From positions 1,536,001-1,600,000 of the forward strand of contig CBDCDA010000001.1 in NCBI GenBank assembly GCA_965215335.1: a stretch of 64,000 nucleotides of DNA. Reading direction: 5' to 3'. The stretch comes from an uncultured Candidatus Entotheonella sp. Its GTDB lineage: Bacteria; Tectomicrobia; Entotheonellia; Entotheonellales; Entotheonellaceae. The notes under the pieces are model-generated. The model searched no databases and had not been told where the DNA came from. It worked only from the letters and a program-made list of their open reading frames with translations. A program made the position numbers and the translations under genes. Shown here piece by piece: positions 18,524-31,203 of this stretch (its first letter is position 1; each line of letters starts with the position of its first letter).

Positions 18524-19447
18524 GTGTCCGTTCCGAACGTTCCCACCGCCTTTCTGCGTGGCTTGCAGACCATTGCCGGGCGCAAGGCGCGCCCGCAGCC
18601 GTTTGTCGATGTCGGCGCGTTGCCCTGGCACGAGCCCGACTTCAGCCGCCACTTCCTGCGCACCGCCACTCGTTCGGCCCATCACACGCGGCGAGAGGTC
18701 GCTTTCCTGGAACGAAACGGTCTGCTGGTTCCCGGAGATCGCATTCTCGATTTGGCCTGTGGTGGCGGTCGGCACAGCGTCGCCATGGCGCAACACGGCG
18801 CCGTCGTGACGGGTATCGACCTGGGCCCCGCCGCCATCGCCGCCGCCCGCCGGCGGGCGAAGCGCGCCGGGGTGCGCGTCGAGTGGCTGCACGGCGATCT
18901 GCGGCACTTGCCATTCGAGAACGTCTTCCACGTCGTCACCTTCATCTTCGGGTGCTTCACGGAAATGCCGCGACGCGACGCGGCAGCCGTGCTGGAGCGC
19001 ATCAGTCGCAGCCTGCGTCCCGGCGGCACGCTGCTCCTCGACGTCTATCCCCCGGCGTTCTTCGCCGACCTGGATGGCGTGCAGGAATGGTGGGTTGGCG
19101 AGGATTTCATTGCCGGGCGCTTCCCCCAGCTCGTGCTGAGCGAATACTTCTATTACGCCCGCACCAAGACCTACGCGCGGCGGGACTTCATCTGCGAGGC
19201 TGAAAGCGGCGTCGTGCACGCCTTCGGGCTGAGCGGCCAAGCCTATGCGCTCGCCGAGCTCATACGTATGCTTGGTGCTGCCGGCCTCACCCTCACCGCA
19301 GCCTACGGCGACTGGAAGGGCGCGCCGGTGCGACGCGACAGCCGGCTCTGCGTGCTGCTGGCAAGCAAGGTCGGGGACAAGGGCATGTGGACATTTAGAC
19401 GAGTACCAGGCGAGAACTCACCGCGTGGATCATCGCGGCGTAGCTGA
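18524..19447 (+). CDS. Class I SAM-dependent methyltransferase
   Basis: 'RILDLACGGGRH', 'VTGIDL', 'GDLRHLPF', 'LRPGGTLLLD'; the last ~21 codons run into an IS end. Confidence 0.85.
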   Translation: MSVPNVPTAFLRGLQTIAGRKARPQPFVDVGALPWHEPDFSRHFLRTATRSAHHTRREVAFLERNGLLVPGDRILDLACGGGRHSVAMAQHGAVVTGIDLGPAAIAAARRRAKRAGVRVEWLHGDLRHLPFENVFHVVTFIFGCFTEMPRRDAAAVLERISRSLRPGGTLLLDVYPPAFFADLDGVQEWWVGEDFIAGRFPQLVLSEYFYYARTKTYARRDFICEAESGVVHAFGLSGQAYALAELIRMLGAAGLTLTAAYGDWKGAPVRRDSRLCVLLASKVGDKGMWTFRRVPGENSPRGSSRRS

Positions 19448-19808
19448 CGTCGGTCTTCTCGAAACGCACCGCAAGACGACGAAAATGCTTGAGCTTGCAA
19501 AAGAAATTCTCCACCCGGGCGACGCCACTCGTACATCTCCGTGTCGTAGTCGATGGCCTCGACACGATTGGACCTGGGAGGAATCACCGCCGTCGCCGCA
19601 CGGACTCCCAACTCGGCCCGAAAGTCGTTGCTGTCGTATGCCTTGTCGGCAATCAGCGCCTCGAACTCGACACCCTCGAGCAGTGGCGGGACGCCAATCA
19701 GGTCATGGCGCTGACCCGGCAGCGGCACGAAACGCACCAGGTTGCCCAAGGCGTCCACCATCACGCTGATTTTCATGCCTGGGGCCACCCCGCGAGCGAC
19801 CGATCGCC
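19381..19808 (-). mobile_element. IS5-family transposase relic (3' part, two frameshifts) with right terminal repeat
   Basis: Pieces 'AIGRSRGG' / 'VDALGN...IADKAYDS...AVIPPRSNR...MYEWR' / 'VENFFCKLKHFRRLAVRFEKT...*', followed by ATGTCCACATGCCC, resembling an IS5 end. Confidence 0.85.
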
Positions 19809-20006
19809 CAGCCAGCGGGCTTGGAGCCGGATGGATTCCTTTCCGTTCACGATCTCATCATTGTATTCCAACGTACGATTACAAAGGACGACGCGGACAA
19901 TCCACTTTCGATTTACCTTGCAGCCCCACGCCCAAACGGGACAAAAAAGAGCGCTCTTCTGCCAGTCGCGGTGGGCGTCCTGGAAGGATTTCAGAAGCCC
20001 TCAAAT

Positions 20007-20093
20007 CGTCATTCCGGCGCAAGCCGGAATCCAGCGATCTTCGACGCCATAGAGCCTTCTGGACCTCGGCCCCGGATCAAGTCCGGGATGACG
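20007..20093. repeat. Small palindromic intergenic repeat (GTCATTCCGGC-GCAA-GCCGGAATCC ... CCCGGATCAAGTCCGGGATGAC type)
   Basis: Terminal CGTCAT/ATGACG inverted repeat enclosing two hairpins. Confidence 0.7.
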
Positions 20094-20161
20094 TTCTTTC
20101 GCCGGGGTGGCGGGGCTCCATTTTCAACGTTCACGGGTAGCCTGCAAACCCATTGGAGATC

Positions 20162-21376
<1,215 letters not shown>

Positions 21377-21410
21377 GGGGTGCCTCACTGTGGGAGAAAG
21401 GAAGGTGTCC

Positions 21411-21443
21411 GGTGGCCACGCTGCACGGAGCCGACCCACCCTA
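21411..21443 (-). repeat. Degenerate REP-like palindrome
   Basis: Minus strand TAGGGTGGGTC...GGCCACC hairpin resembling GTAG-type REPs. Confidence 0.3.
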
Positions 21444-21549
21444 TTAGATGACAAGTCGTGGGCATTGGCAAACCCGGCGCCGTTCTTGACAACGGCCGAA
21501 GGCGGCTATTAGGATGAGCGCCCGCAATTCAGGAAAGGAGCGATAGGTC

Positions 21550-22539
21550 GTGCAAATCATGCATTACCGCGACATGGGCGCGTTCGACTACGGCGCCGTC
21601 ATGCGGATGACGGCGCTGATCCGCCGGGTCATCTGCCGCAATCCGACGCCGTTCACCTATAAGGGCACGGGTACCTACATCGTGGGCGCGGACAGGGTGG
21701 CGGTGATCGATCCCGGGCCACCGCTGGCCTCGCACGTCGACGACGTGCTGGCGGCGTTGGGCCCCGGCGAGACGGTGACGCACATCCTGGTTACCCACAC
21801 CCACAGCGACCATTCGGCCCTGGCCGCCCGCCTGCAAGCGCTGACCGGCGCCCGTTCCTACGGCTTCGGGCCGCACGGCGCGGTGCGAGCCCACGACCCG
21901 CACGACCGGGTGGATTTTTCGGCCTGCTTCACGGCGGCAGAGAAGATCCGTTTCGACAAGGAATGGGACGACCTGCCGGCGGAACTGAAGCGCGAGGGGC
22001 CCGACCTCGACTTCCAGCCCGACGAGCGCCTCGGCGACGGCGACACGGTGCGCGGCGACGGCTGGACGCTGACCGCGGTGCACACCCCGGGCCACTGCTC
22101 CAATCACCTGTGCTACCACCTGCAGGAGGAAAACTGCCTGTTCTCCGGCGACCACGTGATGGGCTGGGCCACCAGCGTGGTGTCGCCGCCCGACGGCTCC
22201 ATGCAGGACTACCTGGCCTCGCTGCGCAAGCTGCTGCCCCGCCAGGCCGAGCGCTACTGGCCGACGCACGGACCCGTCATCACCGAGCCGGACCGTTACG
22301 TGCGGGCGTGCATCGCGCACCGCGAGGAGCGCGAGCAGCAAATCATCGCCCATCTGCGCGGCGGCGCGCGGCGCATCGCCGACATCGTGCCCGAGATGTA
22401 CGCCGGCTACGACAAGCGCCTGTGGTACCCGGCGGCCAATTCGGTGCACGCCCACCTGCTGCACCTCGTCGACACCGTCCGCGCCAGAGTGGTCGACGGC
22501 GACGAGCCGAAGCTCACTTCCACCTACGAGTTGACTTGA
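21550..22539 (+). CDS. MBL-fold metallo-hydrolase (LACTB2-like, with C-terminal winged helix)
   Basis: 'NPTPFTYKGTGTY', 'THTHSDH', 'HTPGHCSNH', 'FSGDHVMG', 'PTHG'. Confidence 0.9.
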   Translation: MQIMHYRDMGAFDYGAVMRMTALIRRVICRNPTPFTYKGTGTYIVGADRVAVIDPGPPLASHVDDVLAALGPGETVTHILVTHTHSDHSALAARLQALTGARSYGFGPHGAVRAHDPHDRVDFSACFTAAEKIRFDKEWDDLPAELKREGPDLDFQPDERLGDGDTVRGDGWTLTAVHTPGHCSNHLCYHLQEENCLFSGDHVMGWATSVVSPPDGSMQDYLASLRKLLPRQAERYWPTHGPVITEPDRYVRACIAHREEREQQIIAHLRGGARRIADIVPEMYAGYDKRLWYPAANSVHAHLLHLVDTVRARVVDGDEPKLTSTYELT

Positions 22540-22561
22540 GGAAAGGCGCCCATGCGCTGAA

Positions 22562-22590
22562 TTGCAGCGACAGCGAAAATATGGTAGCTT
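22562..22590 (+). promoter_or_regulatory. Putative promoter of the atp cluster
   Basis: TTGCAG-17-TAGCTT with TGn extension. Confidence 0.35.
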
Positions 22591-22816
22591 GACGTCCCGA
22601 TTTCAGGAAATTTGACTTTCAATCCCCCCGTTTTTCTTGCCCATTTCCCTGAACCTTGGTGACTGGCGGTGTGCTGGGAGACAGGTGCGGGGAACAACTT
22701 TGTGGAGTTGGGGCGAGGCGGGAACCAAAGCCGTAAATCGTTGTGTCCACAGACACGAGTTGTTCGGGCGCATTACCGGTACGCTTGGTGTACGTCACAA
22801 ACCTGGGAGGAAGACC

Positions 22817-23359
22817 TTGAAGGGCAGGGCCGCGGCGCGGAGATATGCGAAAGCCTTGATGGAGTTGGCCAAGCGCGATGATCAGGTGGCCGACATCGCC
22901 GAACAGTTGCAGCAGCACCTTGACCTCCTGCGTACACACGCCAATCTGCAACTGCTTCTGAACAACCCCGGCATCGACGCCAAGGTCAAGGCCGACCTCC
23001 TGGCGGCCGTTCTTGACCGCACGCAGCCGTACCCCCTGCTGCGAAGTTTTCTCCTGCTTCTTCTCGAAAAAGAACGTCTGAGCCAATTCGACGTGGTCTG
23101 CGAGCATTACGCGCACTTGGCCAACGAGGAATTGCGCCGCGTGGTGGCGCAGGTGACCACGGCCGCCGAGCTCGCGGCGGAACAGCGCGAGGCCGTGACG
23201 CAGAAAATCGCCGACATGACGCACAGGAACGTGATTCTGGAAACACACGTGGACCCGGGCCTCCTCGGCGGCTTGGTGGTGCGTGTCAACAACGTCGTCC
23301 TGGATGGCAGCCTGCGAGGCCAGCTCACCCAGTTGCGCAAGGAACTGATAGGAGGATGA
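22817..23359 (+). CDS. atpH: ATP synthase F1 subunit delta
   Basis: TTG start after GGAGG; 'ARRYAKAL', 'VDPGLLGGLVVRV...DGSLRGQL'. Confidence 0.93.
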   Translation: MKGRAAARRYAKALMELAKRDDQVADIAEQLQQHLDLLRTHANLQLLLNNPGIDAKVKADLLAAVLDRTQPYPLLRSFLLLLLEKERLSQFDVVCEHYAHLANEELRRVVAQVTTAAELAAEQREAVTQKIADMTHRNVILETHVDPGLLGGLVVRVNNVVLDGSLRGQLTQLRKELIGG

Positions 23360-23365
23360 GGGACC

Positions 23366-24928
23366 GTGGCGGAGATCAGCGCAGCAGAAATCAGTGAAAT
23401 CATCAAACGCCAGATCGAGGGCTACGTCGGCGAGGTGGAGCTCGCCGAAACGGGCTCGGTGATCACCGTCGGCGACGGCATCGCCCGCATTTATGGCCTC
23501 GACAAGTGCATGGCCGGCGAGTTGTTGCTCTTCCCGCGCGACATTTACGGCATGGCCCTCAATCTCGAGGAGGATAACGTCGGCGCGGTGTTGCTGGGCG
23601 CCGATACGGACATCAGGGAGGGCGACGAGGTGCGCCGCACCGGCCGCATCATGGAGGTGCCGGTGGGCGAGGCGATGATCGGGCGCATCGTCAATTCGCT
23701 GGGACAGCCCATCGACGGCAAGGGGCCGATCGACACGCAGGACAGCAGCCCCATCGAGCGTATCGCGCCGGGCGTGATCGACCGCCATCCGGTGAACCAG
23801 CCGCTGCAAACCGGCCTCAAGGCCATCGACTCCATGGTGCCGATCGGGCGTGGCCAGCGCGAACTCATCATCGGCGACCGCCAGACCGGCAAGACCGCGG
23901 TGACTGTCGATGCCATGATCAGCCAGAAGGCGGCGTGGGAGGCGGAGCCGGTGTGGAAGCCGGGGCATCCCGGCGTCGTCTGCATCTACGTCGCCATCGG
24001 CCAGAAGCGCTCGACGGTGGCGCAGGTCGTGCGGGTGCTGGAAGAGCACGGCGCCATGCGTTACTCCATCGTGGTGGCGGCCACGGCCAGCGACCCGGCA
24101 CCCCTGCAATACGTGGCGCCATACGCCGGTTGCGCCATGGGCGAGTATTTCCGCGACAAGGGCGGCCACGCCCTGTGCATCTACGATGACCTTTCCAAGC
24201 AGGCCGCCGCCTACCGCCAGCTTTCCCTGCTGCTGCGCCGCCCGCCCGGACGCGAAGCCTACCCCGGCGACGTGTTCTACCTGCACTCCCGCCTGCTGGA
24301 ACGCGCCGCCAAGCTCAGCGACGACCACGGCGGCGGCTCCCTGACGGCGCTGCCGATCATCGAAACCCAGGCCGGCGACGTGTCGGCCTATATTCCCACC
24401 AACGTCATTTCCATCACCGACGGCCAGATCTATCTCGAATCCGACCTGTTCTATTCCGGCGTGCGCCCGGCGATCAACGTCGGCCTGTCCGTGTCGCGCG
24501 TCGGCGGCGCGGCGCAAATGCGGGCCATGCGGCAGGTGGCCGGGCGGCTGCGCCTCGACCTGGCGCAGTACCGGGAGATGGCGGCCTTCGCGCAGTTCGG
24601 CAGCGAGCTCGACGCCGCTACCCAGGCGCAGTTGGCGCGCGGCGAGCGCATGGTCGAAATCCTCAAGCAGGACCAGTACGAGCCGCTGCGCTTCGAGCAG
24701 CAGGTCATCACCATCTTCGCCGCCGTCAACGGCTTCCTGGACGACCTGCCGACCGATACCTGCCAGGACTTCACGCGCGACTTTCTGCAGACCGTCGAAA
24801 CGCGCCACCCCGAGATCCCACGCAGTATCGTGGAAGCCGGGCAGATCACCGACGAGACGCAAACGGCGCTGCGCGAGGCCCTCGACGCCTTCAAGGCGTC
24901 GTACGCCGCGCCGGTGGGAGCGGCCTAG
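23366..24928 (+). CDS. atpA: ATP synthase F1 subunit alpha
   Basis: 'GDRQTGKT', '[24 protein letters not shown]'. Confidence 0.98.
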   Translation: MAEISAAEISEIIKRQIEGYVGEVELAETGSVITVGDGIARIYGLDKCMAGELLLFPRDIYGMALNLEEDNVGAVLLGADTDIREGDEVRRTGRIMEVPVGEAMIGRIVNSLGQPIDGKGPIDTQDSSPIERIAPGVIDRHPVNQPLQTGLKAIDSMVPIGRGQRELIIGDRQTGKTAVTVDAMISQKAAWEAEPVWKPGHPGVVCIYVAIGQKRSTVAQVVRVLEEHGAMRYSIVVAATASDPAPLQYVAPYAGCAMGEYFRDKGGHALCIYDDLSKQAAAYRQLSLLLRRPPGREAYPGDVFYLHSRLLERAAKLSDDHGGGSLTALPIIETQAGDVSAYIPTNVISITDGQIYLESDLFYSGVRPAINVGLSVSRVGGAAQMRAMRQVAGRLRLDLAQYREMAAFAQFGSELDAATQAQLARGERMVEILKQDQYEPLRFEQQVITIFAAVNGFLDDLPTDTCQDFTRDFLQTVETRHPEIPRSIVEAGQITDETQTALREALDAFKASYAAPVGAA

Positions 24929-24930
24929 CC

Positions 24931-25857
24931 ATGCCGAGTCTGCGCGACATCCGCCGGCGCATCGCCAGCGTCAAGAACACCCAGCAGATCACCAACGCCA
25001 TGAAAATGGTCTCCGCCGCCAAACTGCAGCGCGCCCAGGACCGCGTGCTGGCGGCGCGTCCCTATTCGCAGCGCCTGCGGCAGGTGCTGGAGCACCTCGA
25101 CGCGCGCGTGCGACCGGACATCCATCCCCTTCTGGCGCCCCGTGATCGCGGCAAGACCCTGCTGGTGCTGGTGACGTCGGACCGCGGCCTGTGCGGCGGC
25201 TTCAACGGCAACGTGCAGCGCGCTGCCGCCGAGTTGCTGAACGATCTGGGCGGCAATGAGCACGTCGATATCATCACGATCGGACGCAAGGGGCGGGATT
25301 TTCTCGCCTATCGCCGCTACGAACTGCAGGCGTCCTACGTGGACCTGTTCACGCGCCAGGTGGCGTACGAGCAGGCCGTGGGGCTGGCGGCGACGATCCT
25401 CGCCGCCTACGAGGGCACGCCGGGCGTCGCCGCAGGCGACGGCTACGGCTACCCGGATGAAGCCTCGGAAACGGCCGCCGGGTACAAGAACGTCCTGGTT
25501 CTGTACAACCGGTTCGGCTCCGCCGTGCAGCAGGTGGTCACCACCCTGCAACTCCTCCCCATGAGCGGCCACACCGCCACGGACGCCGAGCCCGCCGAGC
25601 CGTTTGACTTCATCTATGAGCCATCCGCCGCGGCGGTGCTGGACGGCCTGCTGCGCCGCGAGGTCGACGTCCAGCTCTTCCAGGTGTTGCTGGAGTCCTT
25701 CGCGGGCGAGCACGGCGCCCGCATGACGGCCATGGATTCGGCAACGGAAAACGCCTCGGAAATGATCGCCAGCCTCACCCTGACCTTCAACCGGGCGCGG
25801 CAGGCCGCCATTACCAAGGAATTGATCGAGGTCGTCAGCGGCGCGGACGCCCTGTAA
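24931..25857 (+). CDS. atpG: ATP synthase F1 subunit gamma
   Basis: 'ITNAMKMVSAAK', 'SDRGLCGGFN', 'RQAAITKELIE'. Confidence 0.98.
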   Translation: MPSLRDIRRRIASVKNTQQITNAMKMVSAAKLQRAQDRVLAARPYSQRLRQVLEHLDARVRPDIHPLLAPRDRGKTLLVLVTSDRGLCGGFNGNVQRAAAELLNDLGGNEHVDIITIGRKGRDFLAYRRYELQASYVDLFTRQVAYEQAVGLAATILAAYEGTPGVAAGDGYGYPDEASETAAGYKNVLVLYNRFGSAVQQVVTTLQLLPMSGHTATDAEPAEPFDFIYEPSAAAVLDGLLRREVDVQLFQVLLESFAGEHGARMTAMDSATENASEMIASLTLTFNRARQAAITKELIEVVSGADAL

Positions 25858-27711
<1,854 letters not shown>

Positions 27712-27713
27712 CG

Positions 27714-28118
27714 GTGCCGTTGTGCGTGGAAATCCTTACCCCGAACCGCCTGCTCCTGCAGGACGAGGTGGACGAGTTGAATCTGCCCGGGACGGAGGGC
27801 TACCTCGGCATTCTTCCCGGCCACATCGCCTTCCTCACCACCCTGGGTCAGGGTGAGCTCATGCTTCGCAAGGACGACCAGCAGCACTACCTGACCGTCT
27901 TCCGGGGCTATATGGAGGTCAGCGACGACAAGGTGACCGTGCTCGCCGAAGTCGTGGAAGACATGGCCGACATCGACCCGGAGCGCGCCGGTTCGGCGCG
28001 CGACCGGGCCTTGGAACGACTGCGCAGTGGCGACGCGCAGGTCGTCGACTTCGATCGCGCCAACGCCGCGTTGCAGCGTGCCCTCGTTCGCCTGCAAGTC
28101 TGCGCCCGCCGAGGTTGA
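27714..28118 (+). CDS. atpC: ATP synthase F1 subunit epsilon
   Basis: GTG start; 'EILTP...PGTEGYLGILPGH', C-terminal helices 'LQRALVRL'. Confidence 0.93.
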   Translation: MPLCVEILTPNRLLLQDEVDELNLPGTEGYLGILPGHIAFLTTLGQGELMLRKDDQQHYLTVFRGYMEVSDDKVTVLAEVVEDMADIDPERAGSARDRALERLRSGDAQVVDFDRANAALQRALVRLQVCARRG

Positions 28119-28122
28119 GGGA

Positions 28123-28866
28123 TTGGGAGACGAGACGCCGGATGTCCCCGGGGCATGGCGCCTCACCCTGCACCAGGACCCGCACGGCTACCGCTTCGCG
28201 CTCGACGCCTTCCTGCTCGCCGATTTTGTCCCTCCCAGAACCACCGGGCCTGTCATCGACCTCGGTGCCGGCTGCGGCATCGTCGCCTGTCTGCTGGCGC
28301 GGCGATTTCCGGGGGTTCCCATCGTCGCACTGGAACTTCAAGCTAGCCTGTCGGCGGTGGCGCAGCAAAACGTGGTGCACAATGCACTGGCCCGGCAGGT
28401 CAGCATCGTGCAGGGCAACATGCGCCGCGCCGCGACGTGTTTGACGCCCGCAAGCTTTGCCGCCGTGGTATGCAATCCGCCGTATCGCGCCGTGGGCCAC
28501 GGGCGCCTCAACCCGCATTCCGAAAAGGCCGTGGCGCGTCACGAGGTCGCGGTAACGCTGTGCCAGGTCGTGCAGGCGGCGCGGCGCCTGCTGGTGCGAC
28601 GCGGTCGGCTGCTGCTGGTCTACCACCCCTCCCGCCTTGCCGAGCTGTGCAGCCGCCTGGAAGCGGCCGACCTGAGCCCCTGTCGCCTGCGTTTCGTCCA
28701 CCCAAACCGTGAAGCCCCCGCCACGATGGTTCTTGTCGAAGCCCTGCGGGGCGGTCGCGACGCCCTGAAAGTGCTGCCGCCACTGGTCGTCTACCAGGCG
28801 ACGAACGTCTACAGCGCCGAGATGCAGGCCATTTTTCAGGGCCGCGCGCTCGCCGGGGGCCGGTAA
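28123..28866 (+). CDS. tRNA1(Val) (adenine37-N6)-methyltransferase-like SAM methyltransferase
   Basis: 'QDPHGYRFALDAFLLA', 'DLGAGCG', 'CNPPY', 'ARHE'; adjacent to rsmI. Start approximate. Confidence 0.82.
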   Translation: MGDETPDVPGAWRLTLHQDPHGYRFALDAFLLADFVPPRTTGPVIDLGAGCGIVACLLARRFPGVPIVALELQASLSAVAQQNVVHNALARQVSIVQGNMRRAATCLTPASFAAVVCNPPYRAVGHGRLNPHSEKAVARHEVAVTLCQVVQAARRLLVRRGRLLLVYHPSRLAELCSRLEAADLSPCRLRFVHPNREAPATMVLVEALRGGRDALKVLPPLVVYQATNVYSAEMQAIFQGRALAGGR

Positions 28867-28869
28867 ATC

Positions 28870-29571
28870 ATGCCGGAAGCAGTCCCGGTGGATGACCGCG
28901 GCACGCTGTACGTCGTCGCCACGCCGATCGGCAACCTCGACGACATCACCCTGCGCGCCTTGCGCGTCCTCGGCAGTGTGGACCTCATCGCCGCCGAGGA
29001 CACCCGGCACACACGCAAGCTGCTGACCCATTACGCCATTTCCTGCCCACTGCTGAGCTACCACGACCACAACAAGGCGACCCAGGCCCAGCGTCTGCTG
29101 GGCCTGCTGCAAGAGGGGCGGCGCATCGCCCTGGTCACCGACGCCGGCACACCGGGCGTCGCCGACCCGGCGTATCACCTCCTGCAAGTCCTGCTGCCGC
29201 ACGACATCCCCGTCGTGTCCATTCCCGGGCCTAGTGCGGTCATTGCGGCCCTGTCGGTCTCCGGCTTGCCCACGAATCGGTTTGCGTTCGAGGGTTTTCT
29301 GCCTGTCAAGAGCGGTCGGCGGCGGCAGCGTCTGGAAACACTGTGCGAAGAGCCGCGCACCGTGGTGCTCTACGAGTCGCCGCACCGCTTCATCAAGCTG
29401 TTACGGGAGCTCGTGGAACATTTCGGCGCCGAGCGGCGCGTCGTGGTGGCGCGGGAACTCACCAAGCACTACGAAGAGGTCATGCGGGGAACGGCCGCCA
29501 GCCTGCTGGAAAGCTGGCAGGAGCGGTCCGTGCGCGGGGAGTTCACGGTGATTGTCGAGGGGCAACGATAG
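28870..29571 (+). CDS. rsmI: 16S rRNA (cytidine1402-2'-O)-methyltransferase
   Basis: 'LYVVATPIGNLDDIT', 'AAEDTR', 'DAGTPGVADP', 'YESPHR', 'RELTK'. Confidence 0.96.
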   Translation: MPEAVPVDDRGTLYVVATPIGNLDDITLRALRVLGSVDLIAAEDTRHTRKLLTHYAISCPLLSYHDHNKATQAQRLLGLLQEGRRIALVTDAGTPGVADPAYHLLQVLLPHDIPVVSIPGPSAVIAALSVSGLPTNRFAFEGFLPVKSGRRRQRLETLCEEPRTVVLYESPHRFIKLLRELVEHFGAERRVVVARELTKHYEEVMRGTAASLLESWQERSVRGEFTVIVEGQR

Positions 29572-29615
29572 GGGCCAGATTCAGAATCTGATCACAGCCT
29601 CGCTTCCTTTTGTTG

Positions 29616-29699
29616 TCAAGGCTGCACGGTAAAGGTCGACGAGCGGTCGACGAGCAGCACCAGTAGATTTGTATCGATGACGATCTGGTTGACGGGCAT
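29616..29699 (-). pseudogene. Truncated PIN-domain gene (first ~17 codons)
   Basis: 'MPVNQIVIDTNLLVLLV' then disrupted at an 11-bp tandem duplication GGTCGACGAGC (29634-29655). Confidence 0.6.
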
Positions 29700-29703
29700 G
29701 GAA

Positions 29704-29870
29704 TCAATTCAGGGCACCAGGTTCGCGGTGCGTCGTGGATACGACCCGTCCATCGCGGTCGTTAATCTGGATGACTTTGAAGGTGTGATTCTTCCACTGC
29801 CGGGACTCCATACGCTCCAAGATTTGAGATGTTCTCGTTGGTTGGTTCCAATGCCGAAAGAACCCGAATG
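29704..29870 (-). pseudogene. 3' remnant of a small hypothetical gene preceding the PIN fragment
   Basis: 'GFFRHWNQ...TFKVIQINDRDGRVVSTTHRE*' ends 4 nt before the PIN ATG; no own start; lower GC. 5' boundary approximate. Confidence 0.4.
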
Positions 29871-29912
29871 GCCTCCGCTTGAGCAGCCCGGCACTTCGTT
29901 GATTGTTTTGTC

Positions 29913-31025
29913 CTAACGCTGATCGGGCGGCACCCACTGCAGGTCGACCGGCCCGATGTACTTGGCGCGCGGGCGGATCAGGCGATTGCGGTCCAGTTGC
30001 TCGATGATGTGCGCGGTCCAGCCGGCCACGCGGCTCATCACGAAGACCGGCGTGAAGATATCGGTGGGAATGCCCATGTTGTGGTAGGTCGAGGCGGAGT
30101 AGAAATCGACGTTCGGGATGAGGCCCTTTTCGCGATCCATGATCTGATCAACCAGCACGGACATCTCGTACCATTGCGGCTGCCCGGTCTTTTCACCCAT
30201 GCGCTTCGACATCGGCCCGAGGATCTTGGCGCGCGGGTCGCCTTCCTTGTAGACGCGGTGGCCGAAGCCCATGATGCGGTCCCTGTTGGCCAGCGCCTTC
30301 ATCAGGTAAGGCTCGACGTTGTCCAGGCTGCCGATGGCCTTGAGGGTGACCATCACCTGCTCGTTGGCGCCGCCGTGCAGCGGCCCCTTGAGGGCGCCGA
30401 TGGCTGACACCACGCCGGAATAGATGTCTGACACGGTCGCCACGGTGACGCGGGCGGCGAACGTGGAGGCGTTGATTTCGTGGTCGGCGTGGAGAATCAG
30501 GGCGGTGTCGAAGAACTGCGCGAACTCCGGGTCGGGGTCCTGTCCCTGCAGCATATAGAGGAAGTTGGTGGCAATGTTAACGTCCGGCTTCGGCGCCAGG
30601 GGCTCCCTGCCGTTGCGGATGCGGTCGAATCCCGCCACCAGGGCGGGCATGCGCGCCACCATGCGGGTAGCCTTGCGGACGTTGGCGTCGTGTGAATTGT
30701 CGTGCCGGTCGGGGTCGTAGAGGGCCATGACGGAGGTGACGGTGCGCACGTACTCCATGGGATGCACGTCGGTCGGCAGGCGGTACATGACGTCGAGCAC
30801 GGGTTCCGGCAGCGCGTACTGGCTGCGGAGGTCGTGGATCAGCTGGTCGAGTTCGGCTTGGCACGGCAGCCGCCCGTGCCACAACAGGTACACCACCTCT
30901 TCGAAGGTCGAGTGCGCTGCCAGATCTTCAATCACGTAGCCGCGATAGGTCAGGGTCGCCCCAACGATTGAACTCAGTTCCGAGGCAAACGCTACGACCC
31001 CTTCAAGACCCTCTTGCACGTCCAT
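29913..31025 (-). CDS. Citrate synthase / 2-methylcitrate synthase (short dimeric type)
   Basis: 'GLEGVV', 'LHADHEINASTF', 'GPLHGGANE', 'MGFGHRVYK', 'PNVDFYS'. Confidence 0.93.
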   Translation of the reverse strand: MDVQEGLEGVVAFASELSSIVGATLTYRGYVIEDLAAHSTFEEVVYLLWHGRLPCQAELDQLIHDLRSQYALPEPVLDVMYRLPTDVHPMEYVRTVTSVMALYDPDRHDNSHDANVRKATRMVARMPALVAGFDRIRNGREPLAPKPDVNIATNFLYMLQGQDPDPEFAQFFDTALILHADHEINASTFAARVTVATVSDIYSGVVSAIGALKGPLHGGANEQVMVTLKAIGSLDNVEPYLMKALANRDRIMGFGHRVYKEGDPRAKILGPMSKRMGEKTGQPQWYEMSVLVDQIMDREKGLIPNVDFYSASTYHNMGIPTDIFTPVFVMSRVAGWTAHIIEQLDRNRLIRPRAKYIGPVDLQWVPPDQR

Positions 31026-31203
31026 GTGTACCTCTCCCATGCCTTTGGGTGGCAGGCCAAACCTATGGCCGCGCACCAAACCTCTCGATTGCGTTAACCG
31101 ATCCATTTGAAGGTAATGCACGGTGATACGCTATCAATAGCACGAACCACTTGGCGGTTCAAGCCCTGGTGCCGCCTCGGCAGGGCTGCGGGCATGCCCG
31201 GCG

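Noticed and set aside
23920..23975. Insertion in AtpA ('[16 protein letters not shown]')
   Set aside because: This loop is known to vary in length among alpha subunits.
29677..29916. 79-aa plus-strand ORF
   Set aside because: It is the antisense shadow of the minus-strand PIN-pair remnants.
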